Shown here: piece by piece, positions 18,671-29,091 of the stretch
Position numbering within the stretch: position 1 is the stretch's first letter
How the letters are laid out: each line of letters opens with the position of its first letter
Position numbers and translations under genes: made by a program
The notes under the pieces: generated by a model
Database searches by the model: none
What the model was told of the DNA's origin: nothing
Seen by the model: only the letters and a program-made list of their open reading frames with translations
NCBI GenBank assembly: GCA_024405265.1
Contig: JAKSOZ010000003.1
Span: 17,498-81,497 of the forward strand
Direction of reading: 5' to 3'
Source: Kiritimatiellia bacterium
Lineage (GTDB): Bacteria > Verrucomicrobiota > Kiritimatiellia > RFP12 > UBA1067
Length of the DNA stretch: 64,000 nucleotides

Positions 18671-20732
18671 TTTCGATTATCTCCACTTTTTTAAAGAACA
18701 TCTTTCGCAATAGCGCGAGACGGCGCTCCTGGCGCTCCAAACTCCACATCGCGAAGCGCCACTTTTCTTCGAAGCCGTAGTTCTTCGGAAGCGATGGCTT
18801 GAAGGACTCGAACTTATCGCGCATAACCGCGAGCTCCCAGGCCATCGCATGAGTACGATATTCGAAGCCATCCATGAATTTAGCCGCGACATCCCGCATC
18901 GGCACTCGGTGTTTCTTCTGATACTCCTTCAGCGCATGAGCGTAATGAAGAAGATAGAAGTTCGCGATATGAGTCAGATTTTCATCGGTATACTCGAGGT
19001 TCGGCCAAGCGAGACTGCCGCGGATCGAGCAAGTCGAAACTTTCTTCGGAATGATTTTGCGCGAAATGATATCGTATTCGAATTCGTATATCTCTTTGCC
19101 GATGCCGAAGCGCGGGCTGTGGCTCTCGGGATCGTACTTCTTCATCGCCATATTCTGAGCCGCCGCGTCGCCCATCAGCGCCGCAAGCGCGAGCACGACC
19201 GAACTCTCTTCGCGAGAAGAATCGTCGACATCGGAGAAGTAATTAGCGGGAATCGAACCGATCGGCTCGCCTTCACAACGACGACGAATGAAATAATCGA
19301 TGCGCTTTTTGCCTTTTAGCGAGTGACGTCGCAAGAGCCGATAATCGCTGAGCGCGATACCTAGCGCCTTGAACGATTCGACACGCGTAAGCATGTAGGA
19401 ACCATAATCCTTCAAAGACTTGGAGAGTCGTTTTTCAATAAAACTATGTTCAATAGGGCAACGATTCGTCTTGTAAACGATTTCGCGAGTAGAGCCCTTA
19501 CCGAGCGGGACATCACCGGTGACGCCTCTAAGCTCGTATACGTTCGCATACTCGATAACTTCGTCCTTAGAAGTCATCGCGCGAAGATTCGACAACAACA
19601 ACTCGCTACGATCGTCAGTTCCAAGATGGTAAATCGGCCGACCTTCTACAAAAGTCGCACCGGGAAGCGCTGTTCTTCGATCATCAAACGCGATCGTCGA
19701 ACCGTCGCCTATCACCGAATAAACTTCGCCGGTGATATGCATATAAAGCGTTTCGACGAAAGCTTTCGCCCCCTCATCAATAAATTCCGAATTAGTCAAT
19801 AGAGCTTCATAATGAGCGAGGATCGCAGCGGTCTTTTCAACGAGTCCTAACTGACCTATTCTCTCCAACGTAATATCCTCAAGCAAAGCCTCAATTTCGG
19901 GGATAATCGTCTCTAGCGCCTGCCCGCGTTTAATGCCGAAAAACTCGATCTCATGATGACCACGATACTTCGGCATACGTGTAAATGAAAAACGATTACC
20001 TTCAAAGACCGAGGCTAGCTCTTTTATACCCTGAATGAATATATCAGGCTCGCTACCAGCATATTCCGAAAAACGCTTGAACTCCGGGAAGGTCAAGAAA
20101 TGAACGCCCTTCGCGGAATGATAGTACGAAAGTTTGGAGCCGATTTTCTTCTTCGAAGCGCGCAGAGCAACGCGCATCTCGTTTTCTGTCCAAGCAAGAG
20201 GCTTGACGCGCCACTCCTGACCGAGGTGGCGAAAATATTCCAGCGTCGCGTCATTCCGCTCAGCCATAACCACTTCGTATAACTGGAGCGCCGCAACGGA
20301 TCTAAGCCATTCATCATAAATAACGAGATCGCGAGTCGTAATCTCGCGTTGAGAAAACTCAATCGTCCGCTTAACTACATTAGCACAAAGAATTTTCGAC
20401 ATCAACACATCGCCACGACGTTGAGCTGGGACATTTGACAAATGCCAGAAACGTCCGTCGAGCAACGGGAACGCAGCAACCGAGTGATTCCCGGTAGATA
20501 GCGTGAATATCTTACCTTTAGCGCGCGGCTTCAAATCGGATTTGTTCACAATCAAGACACTTGGACGAAGTTCAAGAGCGCGTTCTACCCCGCGCTCGAT
20601 AATGAAGGTGTCTTGGTTCAAATCATAAGCGGTGAAAACGCGCTCTTTACCCATCGACAAAGTCTTAACGCACGTCGAGCGTTTCTTACCCGAACGTTTA
20701 AGCCGTTGAAGAAATTGTTTGATGGAATTCAT
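18645..20732 (-). CDS. Uncharacterised 695-aa protein; C-terminal part has an atypical protein-kinase-like (AceK-like) signature (tentative)
   Basis: No family recognised overall. Residues about 405-560 contain PLGKGSTREIVYK (Gly-rich loop plus Lys), GDAAAQN (a D-x4-N catalytic-loop pattern) and EIYEFEYD. Overlaps kdsB by 26 nt and is ATGA-coupled to the upstream gene. Confidence 0.6.
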   Translation of the reverse strand: MNSIKQFLQRLKRSGKKRSTCVKTLSMGKERVFTAYDLNQDTFIIERGVERALELRPSVLIVNKSDLKPRAKGKIFTLSTGNHSVAAFPLLDGRFWHLSNVPAQRRGDVLMSKILCANVVKRTIEFSQREITTRDLVIYDEWLRSVAALQLYEVVMAERNDATLEYFRHLGQEWRVKPLAWTENEMRVALRASKKKIGSKLSYYHSAKGVHFLTFPEFKRFSEYAGSEPDIFIQGIKELASVFEGNRFSFTRMPKYRGHHEIEFFGIKRGQALETIIPEIEALLEDITLERIGQLGLVEKTAAILAHYEALLTNSEFIDEGAKAFVETLYMHITGEVYSVIGDGSTIAFDDRRTALPGATFVEGRPIYHLGTDDRSELLLSNLRAMTSKDEVIEYANVYELRGVTGDVPLGKGSTREIVYKTNRCPIEHSFIEKRLSKSLKDYGSYMLTRVESFKALGIALSDYRLLRRHSLKGKKRIDYFIRRRCEGEPIGSIPANYFSDVDDSSREESSVVLALAALMGDAAAQNMAMKKYDPESHSPRFGIGKEIYEFEYDIISRKIIPKKVSTCSIRGSLAWPNLEYTDENLTHIANFYLLHYAHALKEYQKKHRVPMRDVAAKFMDGFEYRTHAMAWELAVMRDKFESFKPSLPKNYGFEEKWRFAMWSLERQERRLALLRKMFFKKVEIIENEDIRSDS

Positions 20733-22279
20733 GCGTTAAGCAAATCCTCTGCCAACGTCGAAATCGCCTCCAGATTCGCTGAGTCAGCAACTTCCAGGAG
20801 GTTTTCCAGGGCCGGCTTCACGAACTTATCGAACTCCGTCTTGCCGACACTAACCAATCTTCCATAGGCGCCAAGGCACTGGATTAACCGCTCAACCGCA
20901 GCGAACGGAAGAATATCGATAATTTCTTTTCGCCCGACACGTTCGGCATAGAGTCCAATTAATGCACGACGTTGATCTTTCGAAAGCTTGACGTAAGGGT
21001 CATAGACCAGCGACGCAAGATCATAAACTGCCGGACCCGATCTCATACCCTGAAAATCGATAAAGGAAAGCTTATCGCCCTTCCAAAGCACGTTCGTGGA
21101 TTGGAAATCACGATGAACGAGCGCCTTCGGCTCTTTCTCGAGAATCTCGGCGACTTTTTCGAGCTCGAGAAGAACTTCGGTAGGCAGCTCACGATTAAAG
21201 CGTCCTTTAAGACAATGCTCGACGAAAAGTTCGCGTTCCCACTTCCACATCTTTTCATCCATCGGAGGCTCGAGGTCGAGCGACGGAGCATCAAGCGAAT
21301 TGAACTTCACCAATTCCTCAATAACTCGCACGTATCTTTCAAAAGACACGTTCTCTTTGCCCACGTCTTCCATCAGGAAGGACTTGAACGATTTATCTTC
21401 CTTATAAATCGCGGGAACACCGATTCCGTTCTCTTTCAGGAAGGCGGCATGAGAAACGAATTTGGCGTTTTCCTTACGCGCGGCATCATCGTAAATACAA
21501 ACTATACCCTCATTCGCTTTGAAAAACATACGCTCGCTGCCACGATGACAAAGGAACTTAAGTCCTGTCGCGCCCAAGGCCTTGATGTGCGGGATTTCTC
21601 CAAAGGCGTTATCTTCGCCGTCTTCGTTAAGCGAGATATAAGAATCGATCGTACCCGCGTCGCTCCAAAGCAAATCGAAATTCTTGACCGCGCGAATGAA
21701 CTTACCGTCCATCATCGCCTTTTCATAAACGGAAATAAGCGAGAACGACCCCTCCTGAGGAAAATACTCAAGGATTTCGTTTTTAAGAAGCGCGAGTCCG
21801 GCGTAAGTAGCGTTATCATACCAACCTGGATCAGGAGAGTGCCAACAAGTTACGAAGCTCGACTCGGGTTCGATCTCAATCGTTTTCGGCCCCTCGTCGG
21901 TGACAAGCGCCGCTCCGATCTCATCACCTCTGAATTCAAGCGGCATCACCCCCTCTAGAACGATATCACTGTTAACGACATAAAAATCGTCGCTACCGAT
22001 CCACGAACGAAGCGGATTCACGAAGCCGCCGGTACCGAGAATTTCGTTCTCGACGCTTACGCGGCAATCGTTTTCTTCGCACCACTTAACGATTTGATCG
22101 GAGAGATAATGCGCGTTGACCGCAATTTCTTCTACGCCCCAATCTCTTAGCATGGTGACGATGCGATCGATCATTCGCTCACCCCAAACGGTCATCAAAG
22201 GCTTCGGGACCGACGCGGTAAGAGGACGAAGTCTCGTCCCCATTCCGGCAGCAAGAACAATGGCTTTCTTGACTTTCAT
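20729..22279 (-). CDS. Fusion: sugar-1-phosphate nucleotidyltransferase (MurU-like) and anomeric sugar kinase (AmgK/APH-like)
   Basis: N-terminal AIVLAAGMGTRLRPLTASVPKPL is an NTP-transferase motif. C-terminal LVHRDFQSTNVLW...IDFQGMRSGPAVYDLASLVYDPY is an APH/AmgK-type kinase motif. Confidence 0.8.
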   Translation of the reverse strand: MKVKKAIVLAAGMGTRLRPLTASVPKPLMTVWGERMIDRIVTMLRDWGVEEIAVNAHYLSDQIVKWCEENDCRVSVENEILGTGGFVNPLRSWIGSDDFYVVNSDIVLEGVMPLEFRGDEIGAALVTDEGPKTIEIEPESSFVTCWHSPDPGWYDNATYAGLALLKNEILEYFPQEGSFSLISVYEKAMMDGKFIRAVKNFDLLWSDAGTIDSYISLNEDGEDNAFGEIPHIKALGATGLKFLCHRGSERMFFKANEGIVCIYDDAARKENAKFVSHAAFLKENGIGVPAIYKEDKSFKSFLMEDVGKENVSFERYVRVIEELVKFNSLDAPSLDLEPPMDEKMWKWERELFVEHCLKGRFNRELPTEVLLELEKVAEILEKEPKALVHRDFQSTNVLWKGDKLSFIDFQGMRSGPAVYDLASLVYDPYVKLSKDQRRALIGLYAERVGRKEIIDILPFAAVERLIQCLGAYGRLVSVGKTEFDKFVKPALENLLEVADSANLEAISTLAEDLLNA

Positions 22280-23085
22280 CGATAAACGCGGACCTGACGC
22301 TGAGCTCTGATTTTAGGCTCCTCAAGATAGAGAGAGTACCACTGATCCCCGACGCCGGAATTCGAGAAATGCGCAACGCGATTGTTCATAAGCTCGGTAT
22401 GATTGCGCTTAAGAGTTTCATTGTCGCTCGACTTAAGCGCCTGTGTAAGCGTCTTGAACGCGGCATCGACATCGCCACGCTTGACCTCGATCCAGCTCAT
22501 AGTCGCGGCCAGAAGCACGTTCTGGTTATATCTTAAACGACGCGACGACTTATCGAAAATCTTTTTGATCTCCTCTGTAGTCGCGCCGGTCATGTAAAGT
22601 CGCGCCATCTTCATCGCGCACATCGTCGGATCGATAAGCATGATTTTAGGCATGAGTTTGTCGACGACCTTGAACTCTTTGATCATCCAATTGAGCTGAA
22701 ACTGAGCGCTCGCGAGCTGACGATCGATCATCGGCACGAAAAGACGGAACTTCTTGAGTTCCTCGGTCGCGATAAGCGCCTCCTTGACGAATACCTTGGT
22801 ATCAGCGGCGATTTCTTTCTGAGCGGCCTGTATCGAGCTCGGCGGACGCATCTGCCAACGCTGAGTCTTCTGCTGAAGCTTCTTCTGCCCCTCGGTAAGA
22901 ATCATCTGAACCTTATCCATCACGCGTTTCACTTTACGCTGCACGAGATATCCGAGCCCTGCCTGGAAGATCGCGTACGAAATCGCTGCGAAAGTAAGAC
23001 TCCAACCATTTCCCATTTCAAAAAAGTTTCGCCCTATGAAGAAAATTCCCAACGAGGCGATAAGCGCCGTGATGATCGTTAACAT
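22276..23085 (-). CDS. Hypothetical membrane protein (2 N-terminal TM helices plus a helical cytoplasmic domain)
   Basis: 269 aa. MLTIITALIASLGIFFIG and LTFAAISYAIFQAGLGYLV are the hydrophobic segments. Tightly coupled to neighbours. No family recognised. Confidence 0.6.
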   Translation of the reverse strand: MLTIITALIASLGIFFIGRNFFEMGNGWSLTFAAISYAIFQAGLGYLVQRKVKRVMDKVQMILTEGQKKLQQKTQRWQMRPPSSIQAAQKEIAADTKVFVKEALIATEELKKFRLFVPMIDRQLASAQFQLNWMIKEFKVVDKLMPKIMLIDPTMCAMKMARLYMTGATTEEIKKIFDKSSRRLRYNQNVLLAATMSWIEVKRGDVDAAFKTLTQALKSSDNETLKRNHTELMNNRVAHFSNSGVGDQWYSLYLEEPKIRAQRQVRVYR

Positions 23086-23100
23086 TCTTCTTTCTCCTTA

Positions 23101-24237
23101 TTATTTCCCGGTGAATTGCCCGGCCACAATCAAAGCATCATGTTTCGCGCTGTATACGAAATACAAGAAAGAGCGATTGAAAAGCATCTTTTTGGTTTTC
23201 TGATCGACTTTTACCTCTTCATCCGAATTCTTCTTTTCTATCGCCGTACCAACGCCATTTTCATCCAAACGGAATCGAGTCGTCTGAATAATCGACGAGC
23301 TCGCCAAGTTATCACCCAACTCTTTGATATTACCGGTCTGAAACTTGAAACTGCGCATAACCGAAGTAAGATCAAACGAAGAAGTCAAATCGAACTTAGG
23401 GATCACGATAGCGACAGGGCCGCTAGTCACTCCTTGTTCGGTAACGCTGCGCATGATTGAAAGAACGATCGATATACGATCTGACGTAAGTTCTTTCTTC
23501 ACATCTTCAATCGTAGCTTTCCCGCGAGGTTTAAGCAAATACAAATCACAGCCATCCGCCATCGGAAGCTTCAAAACCGACATCCGAGAATTTTCCCACG
23601 TCGTAGCGATTCGGCTATCGCAAATCATGGGGAGCTTCAGCTTTTGTCCATCAATGGATTCGAAGACACGTTCTTTTGTGTTTTCACGCGGAAAAGGTTC
23701 TGCCCATGCAAGACAAATCGAAACCAAGTCGTAATATGCAAAACGATTTCTTACAGCAACGGATTCGGATATCGCAAAATCTTCCATATCTCCATCCATC
23801 ATCGCCCTAAACCAACATTCCGCACCTTCTTTAGGAAAGATCGGCAAAACATTCGAAGAATAGTCATCTTGCAAGCGCTGACGAAAAGAAGGCGCCACCA
23901 AACGAGGTTCCGGAACGCAAAAAGCCCGAGCGGAAACGAATGAACAGCCGTCGGTAATCGTATTATCATTCAAATCACGATAAATCGGAATATATGTCGC
24001 CGCCAAATCATTCAGAACGCCCATGGTCTCCGCCATATTCGCACGAGTAATCGTATCGGCGGCATTCGCGAACTGAACGGCATCAATTTCAAAAGAAATT
24101 GGAGAAAATGCCGCGCTCTTATCATAGCCGGACATCAATCGCGTGAATGCATCAGCCCCGAAGCCAACCGAACGACCGGCATAAGCGCAATATGCACTTG
24201 AAACCACAGCGAATGCCATTGCCAGCCTTCTGATCAC
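23101..24237 (-). CDS. Serpin-family protein (divergent, probably non-inhibitory hinge)
   Basis: 378 aa. Signal peptide, then FSPISFEIDAVQFANAA near the N-terminus and LFNRSFLYFVYSAKHDALIVAGQFTGK at the C-terminus match serpin framework motifs. The hinge is GVGTAIEKK instead of GTEAAAAT. Confidence 0.65.
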   Translation of the reverse strand: MIRRLAMAFAVVSSAYCAYAGRSVGFGADAFTRLMSGYDKSAAFSPISFEIDAVQFANAADTITRANMAETMGVLNDLAATYIPIYRDLNDNTITDGCSFVSARAFCVPEPRLVAPSFRQRLQDDYSSNVLPIFPKEGAECWFRAMMDGDMEDFAISESVAVRNRFAYYDLVSICLAWAEPFPRENTKERVFESIDGQKLKLPMICDSRIATTWENSRMSVLKLPMADGCDLYLLKPRGKATIEDVKKELTSDRISIVLSIMRSVTEQGVTSGPVAIVIPKFDLTSSFDLTSVMRSFKFQTGNIKELGDNLASSSIIQTTRFRLDENGVGTAIEKKNSDEEVKVDQKTKKMLFNRSFLYFVYSAKHDALIVAGQFTGK

Positions 24238-24968
24238 TCCCCGACCTCCAATCTCATAGCTAACCGCTCCGGCAAGCCGGCCATGCGGATTCGTTCCTGC
24301 GCGGATGCGACATCATAGTCTACCCGTCTATAGGTCACCATGCGTTCTTTCACATTATAAATGACATACGCGGCTCTAGGATCTCCATCGCGAGGCTGAC
24401 CAACGCTTCCGACATTAACGAAATATTTCCTACCGAATGGTAATTTGAAATCTTGAGGATCTATGCGATAAACCCCGGAAAGCTGCTTTTCGAATATCAT
24501 CGGTACGTGTGTATGACCGTGAAAGCAAATCGGGGTTATTTGCTTGATAAAATGAGCTTCCGCCTGAAGATGATCGAAGACGTAGCCGAAATTTTCGGGA
24601 TAATCCATCGTAGAATGCACAAGAGTCATCCCCATCGACGTGTAAACGAATGGCAAATCTCGTAAATACGTCATTTCTTCGTAGGACAACTGTTCACGCG
24701 TCCATTCAACAACCGCCGCCGCATGCGGATTGAAGTCAGAAAGATCTTGTACCGAGGCTACGTAATGATCATGATTCCCTTTCACGACCGGACAACCGAG
24801 TTCTCGAATGATTTTCAAGCACTCGGACGGACAAGCATTGTACCCGACAACGTCACCCGTGCAAAAGAAATCGGTCACACTCTGCGCACGACAGTCATCC
24901 AGAACCGCATTTAACGCCTCTAGATTCGCGTGAATATCGCCGATAATCGCTATCTTCCTATCCATCAC
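24234..24968 (-). CDS. Metallophosphoesterase family protein
   Basis: IAIIGDIHAN, GDVVGYNACP, KGNHDHY and HGHTH are calcineurin-like phosphoesterase motifs. Confidence 0.85.
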   Translation of the reverse strand: MMDRKIAIIGDIHANLEALNAVLDDCRAQSVTDFFCTGDVVGYNACPSECLKIIRELGCPVVKGNHDHYVASVQDLSDFNPHAAAVVEWTREQLSYEEMTYLRDLPFVYTSMGMTLVHSTMDYPENFGYVFDHLQAEAHFIKQITPICFHGHTHVPMIFEKQLSGVYRIDPQDFKLPFGRKYFVNVGSVGQPRDGDPRAAYVIYNVKERMVTYRRVDYDVASAQERIRMAGLPERLAMRLEVGE

Positions 24969-25630
24969 TTCATTATCTTACTGACAAGCTCAAAGTCTTC
25001 AATGGTGGTGATCTTGAAATTAGGCTTAAGCGACTGCACGATTTTAACGGTACCACCATTATCCTCAATCGCCTTGCAATCATCCGTAATTTCTCCGTCA
25101 ACATTCTTGTAAGCCGCTCTCAAATCCTTCAAGAGGAATGCCTGAGGAGTTTGCACAAGCCAAAGCTTATCACGGTCAACGGTTTCGGATACGATTGCCG
25201 CTTTAGCGCATTTCTTAACCGTATCGATCATCGGACGGCCAACTGTGACCGCGCCTGACTTTTTAACAGCCGCTACCACCTCGCTGATCAATTCAGGAGT
25301 TACCAGCGGTCGCGCACCGTCATGAATAACGATATGCTTCGTATCCAAATCACAGGCCGCGATACCGGCCAAAACGGAATCTTGGCGACGAGTTCCGCCT
25401 TGAACTATTGCTTGAATCTTGGAAATGCCGAACATCTTGACAACCGCCTTCGAAGCGTCAAGCTGATCCTTGCGAACAACAAGAACTATCTTATCAATTT
25501 CCGGGGTACGTTCAAAAGCCATAAGGCTCCACGCCACAACAGGCTTACCGATCAAACTCAAGAAAGCCTTATCGGCTTTAGCGCCCATGCGCGTCGATTT
25601 ACCGGCAGCCAAAATAATCGCAGTTGTCAT
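24965..25630 (-). CDS. ispD: 2-C-methyl-D-erythritol 4-phosphate cytidylyltransferase
   Basis: [16 protein letters not shown]...DKAFL is the IspD N-terminus. Start set at ATG 25630 (ATGA overlap with the secA stop) rather than the track start 25651. Confidence 0.9.
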   Translation of the reverse strand: MTTAIILAAGKSTRMGAKADKAFLSLIGKPVVAWSLMAFERTPEIDKIVLVVRKDQLDASKAVVKMFGISKIQAIVQGGTRRQDSVLAGIAACDLDTKHIVIHDGARPLVTPELISEVVAAVKKSGAVTVGRPMIDTVKKCAKAAIVSETVDRDKLWLVQTPQAFLLKDLRAAYKNVDGEITDDCKAIEDNGGTVKIVQSLKPNFKITTIEDFELVSKIMK

Positions 25631-28578
25631 ACCAAGGTCCTCCCACAACATTTTTTATATTTTTTACCCGAACCGCAAGGACACGGATCGTTACGCCCAG
25701 TTTCTCCGCTTGAAGGCTGCGCGGACTGTCCGCGCTGAACCATCATCTCCGCGAAGGAGTCTTTCTTATCGCCTTTCATTGACGACTTATTCTCCTTAAG
25801 CTCTTCGACGATCGATGTTGCGGCGGGATGTTGAGGCGCACGGCGCAAAAGGCCTTGAAGGCGACGCGCGGTAGCGGCGCGAAATTCGGAAGAGACAACC
25901 TTCGATTTTATCGTGGTCATCAACGTCTCGAACATCGAGAAAGCTTCTTTCTTATACTCGATCAATGGATCGCGCTGACCATAAGCGCGAAGATTCACGC
26001 CCTGGCGAAGATCGTCCATAGCTCTCAGATAATCCTGCCATTCACGATCGATAACGTTCAAGAATACACCGCGCTCCATAAACGGAAGCACTTCCGGGTC
26101 TTCACCTGCGCACTTCGTCTCGTAAGCTTCTTCGACGCGCTTCATCACAAGCTCGCCCGCCGCTTCAGGAGTACCCATCAAGGGACGAAGCTCTTCTTCG
26201 GAAACCATAATCGGGAACGAAACCGATAGCCACGCCATGAATTCTTCAAGATTCCCGTCTTTCGCATTGAAAAGATAGCGATCTGCCTGCGTCATGACGA
26301 GATCATTCATCACATCGAGGATGAGATTATGAACGCTGTCCTTATCACCGGTCAGAACTTTCCCACGCAAACCATAAACGACAGTACGTTGCTTGTTCAT
26401 CACATCATCGTACTCAAGCGTGCGCTTACGAATGGCGAAATGCTGCTGTTCGACACGACGTTGAGCGGTCTCGACGGAGCGATTGAGCCATTTGTGCTCC
26501 ATCACTTCGCCTTCTTTCATTCCGAGACGCTGCATAATGCCGGAAATCTTCTGCGACCCGAAAAGACGCATAAGCTGATCTTCGAGCGAAATGAAGAACT
26601 GGCTGGAACCGGGATCGCCCTGGCGAGAACAACGACCACGAAGCTGTCGATCGATACGACGCGATTCATGACGCTCCGAACCGATCACGTGAAGGCCGCC
26701 GAGTTCGGTTACGCCGGGCCCGAGCTTGATATCGGTTCCTCGACCGGCCATATTCGTAGCGATGGTAACCGCGCCCGGCATACCGGCAAGCGAGACGATC
26801 TCCGCCTCGCGAGCATGATTCTTCGCATTCAAGACTTCGTGAGGAATATGCGCGATCTTAAGCATTCGAGAGAGGACCTCGGACGTATCTACCGTAACCG
26901 TTCCCAACAGGATCGGTTGACCTTTGGCATGACGCTTCTCGACATCGGCAATAATCGCTTTAAACTTCTCTCGCTGAGTGCGATAAATCTGATCGTTCGA
27001 ATCCACCCGATTAACCGGCTTATTAGTCGGAATCGATACGACATCAAGCTTATAAATCGACTTGAACTCACTCGCTTCAGTCTCGGCCGTACCGGTCATA
27101 CCGGCGAGTTTCGTATAGAGACGGAAGTAATTCTGAATCGTGATCGTCGCAAGAGTCTGAGACTCCTTCTCGATCTCAACTCCTTCCTTGGCCTCGACCG
27201 CCTGATGAAGGCCATCCGACCAGCGACGACCGGGAAGAACACGCCCCGTAAACTCGTCAACGATATAAACGTGATTATCCTGAACGACATAATCGACGTC
27301 TTTTTCATAAAGGCAGTAGGCCCTCAAAAGTTGGTCAACGACATGGACGCGATCGCTCTTTTCCATAAACGTCGACTGAACCGCGCGACGACGCTCAACG
27401 CGCTCAGCATCGTCAATCGAGGCGTCGCCGTCAATCGCCGACATCTGCGCGGCAAGATCCGGAAGCACAAAGAGCTCGGGATCCTGAGGACTGATTTTCT
27501 CGCAACCTTTATCGGTAAGAGAAACTTCACGCGTGCGCTCATCTATCGTAAAATAAAGTTCGTCCTTAAGCTCGCCGGCATGAGCTTTGTACATCTCGGA
27601 GAGCATCTGCATTTCAACATCTTCGTGGAGCTTACGTATATCCGCGTTCTCCAACAGATGCATAAGTTGCTTATGTTTCGGCATCGAATGATAAACCTGA
27701 TAAAGCTTATCTTTAACCGCCAAAACATCTCCGGACTCATACGCTTTCTTGGCTTGAGCAATAAGATCATTGCACATCGCCGTCTGAACGCGAACAATCG
27801 AAGAAACCATGGGATTGACATCTTGATAGATGTGACTCGTGGAAATCGTCGCAGGGCCGGAGATAATGAGCGGCGTACGAGCCTCATCGATCAAAATGGA
27901 GTCCACTTCGTCGACAATCGCAAAATGGTGCCCTCTCTGAACGATTTGCTCAGGAACTTGCGCCATGCCGTTATCGCGCAGATAGTCGAAACCGAACTCG
28001 GAATTGGTTCCATAAGTGATATCGCAGGCATACTGTTCACGGCGCTGCGCCGAATCCATGTGATTCTGTATACAGCCGACAGTAAGACCAAGATACTTGA
28101 AAAGATGGCCCATCCAAGTCGCGTCACGCAAGGCAAGATAATCGTTAACCGTAACAAGCTGAACGTTCTTACCCGCAAGAGCATTTAAATAAAGCGGCAA
28201 AGTAGCGACCAAGGTCTTGCCTTCGCCGGTTTGCATTTCGGAAATCTTGCCTTGATGCAAGACGATACCGCCGATAAGCTGAACATCGAACGGAATCATA
28301 TTCCAAGTAAGAGTGTGACCGCAGACCTCTTCAGTCGTCCCAACTAAATGACGGCAAGCATTCTTAACGAGCGCGAAAGCCTCGGGAAGAAGCTTGTCCA
28401 GGTTTTCACCCTTTTGATAGCGATCCTTGAGTTCCTGCGTGAATTTAGGGAAGTCCTCATCGGTCAGATTTTTCGCCTGAAGCGCAGCTTCAAGTTCGTT
28501 GATCTTATGAACGATGGGCCAAAGCTTCTTGAGCTCGCGATCGTTCTTCGTGCCTAGGATTAACTTTAACAGATTCAT
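25627..28578 (-). CDS. secA: Preprotein translocase ATPase SecA
   Basis: 983 aa. [14 protein letters not shown] Walker [20 protein letters not shown], and C-terminal zinc motif [14 protein letters not shown]. Confidence 0.98.
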   Translation of the reverse strand: MNLLKLILGTKNDRELKKLWPIVHKINELEAALQAKNLTDEDFPKFTQELKDRYQKGENLDKLLPEAFALVKNACRHLVGTTEEVCGHTLTWNMIPFDVQLIGGIVLHQGKISEMQTGEGKTLVATLPLYLNALAGKNVQLVTVNDYLALRDATWMGHLFKYLGLTVGCIQNHMDSAQRREQYACDITYGTNSEFGFDYLRDNGMAQVPEQIVQRGHHFAIVDEVDSILIDEARTPLIISGPATISTSHIYQDVNPMVSSIVRVQTAMCNDLIAQAKKAYESGDVLAVKDKLYQVYHSMPKHKQLMHLLENADIRKLHEDVEMQMLSEMYKAHAGELKDELYFTIDERTREVSLTDKGCEKISPQDPELFVLPDLAAQMSAIDGDASIDDAERVERRRAVQSTFMEKSDRVHVVDQLLRAYCLYEKDVDYVVQDNHVYIVDEFTGRVLPGRRWSDGLHQAVEAKEGVEIEKESQTLATITIQNYFRLYTKLAGMTGTAETEASEFKSIYKLDVVSIPTNKPVNRVDSNDQIYRTQREKFKAIIADVEKRHAKGQPILLGTVTVDTSEVLSRMLKIAHIPHEVLNAKNHAREAEIVSLAGMPGAVTIATNMAGRGTDIKLGPGVTELGGLHVIGSERHESRRIDRQLRGRCSRQGDPGSSQFFISLEDQLMRLFGSQKISGIMQRLGMKEGEVMEHKWLNRSVETAQRRVEQQHFAIRKRTLEYDDVMNKQRTVVYGLRGKVLTGDKDSVHNLILDVMNDLVMTQADRYLFNAKDGNLEEFMAWLSVSFPIMVSEEELRPLMGTPEAAGELVMKRVEEAYETKCAGEDPEVLPFMERGVFLNVIDREWQDYLRAMDDLRQGVNLRAYGQRDPLIEYKKEAFSMFETLMTTIKSKVVSSEFRAATARRLQGLLRRAPQHPAATSIVEELKENKSSMKGDKKDSFAEMMVQRGQSAQPSSGETGRNDPCPCGSGKKYKKCCGRTLV

Positions 28579-28587
28579 ACTATTGAA

Positions 28588-28596
28588 ATTATACCA
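28588..28596 (-). promoter_or_regulatory. Putative extended -10 promoter (TGGTATAAT), near-leaderless secA
   Basis: Minus strand reads ATATGGTATAAT-TTCAATAGT-ATG. Nine nt separate the hexamer from the ATG (28578) and there is no SD. Confidence 0.5.
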
Positions 28597-28602
28597 TATT
28601 TC

Positions 28603-29091
28603 TCAAAAGGTTGCACGCGTCATTGCGATTTCAGGGCAAGTATAGGGATCCGTATGCTTCGTGCAATTCATGCATCCGGTATACAGTTTGTGCATTATCT
28701 TGGTTTTAGGAACCTCATGAAAGCCTAGCTTTTCGAAGAATTCCGGTGTAAAAGTCAAAACGACAATCTCTCTTGGCTTGAAACATTTGACTTTGGAAGC
28801 AATCGTTTCTACAAGCGCTCTACCGATTCCTCGAGTTCTGAAAGCCGATTTGACCGCCAAGGACTGAATCTCTACCGTCGCGTTTTCAGGCGCTCCGATT
28901 TCTGGGTGGATCTGAAAGGTCGCGATACCGACCATTTCACCATCGGATTGAGCGACGATGAAACGATCGATATTGCTTACGATATTACCCATTGAACGCG
29001 GCACCAAAAGATCGTCATTCAGATCGATCATCGCGAAGATTTTCTCCGCGTCATCAAGCGTCGCGCCTCGAATAATCGTCTCGGAGTTCAT
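28603..29091 (-). CDS. GNAT family N-acetyltransferase
   Basis: 162 aa. Acetyl-CoA binding motif LAVKSAFRTRGIGRALV. Cys-rich C-terminal tail CMNCTKHTDPYTCP. Confidence 0.85.
   Translation of the reverse strand: MNSETIIRGATLDDAEKIFAMIDLNDDLLVPRSMGNIVSNIDRFIVAQSDGEMVGIATFQIHPEIGAPENATVEIQSLAVKSAFRTRGIGRALVETIASKVKCFKPREIVVLTFTPEFFEKLGFHEVPKTKIMHKLYTGCMNCTKHTDPYTCPEIAMTRATF

Noticed and set aside
26329-28188. 619-aa plus-strand ORF
   Set aside because: It is antisense to secA. Its length is a by-product of codon bias on the coding strand and is not evidence of a gene.
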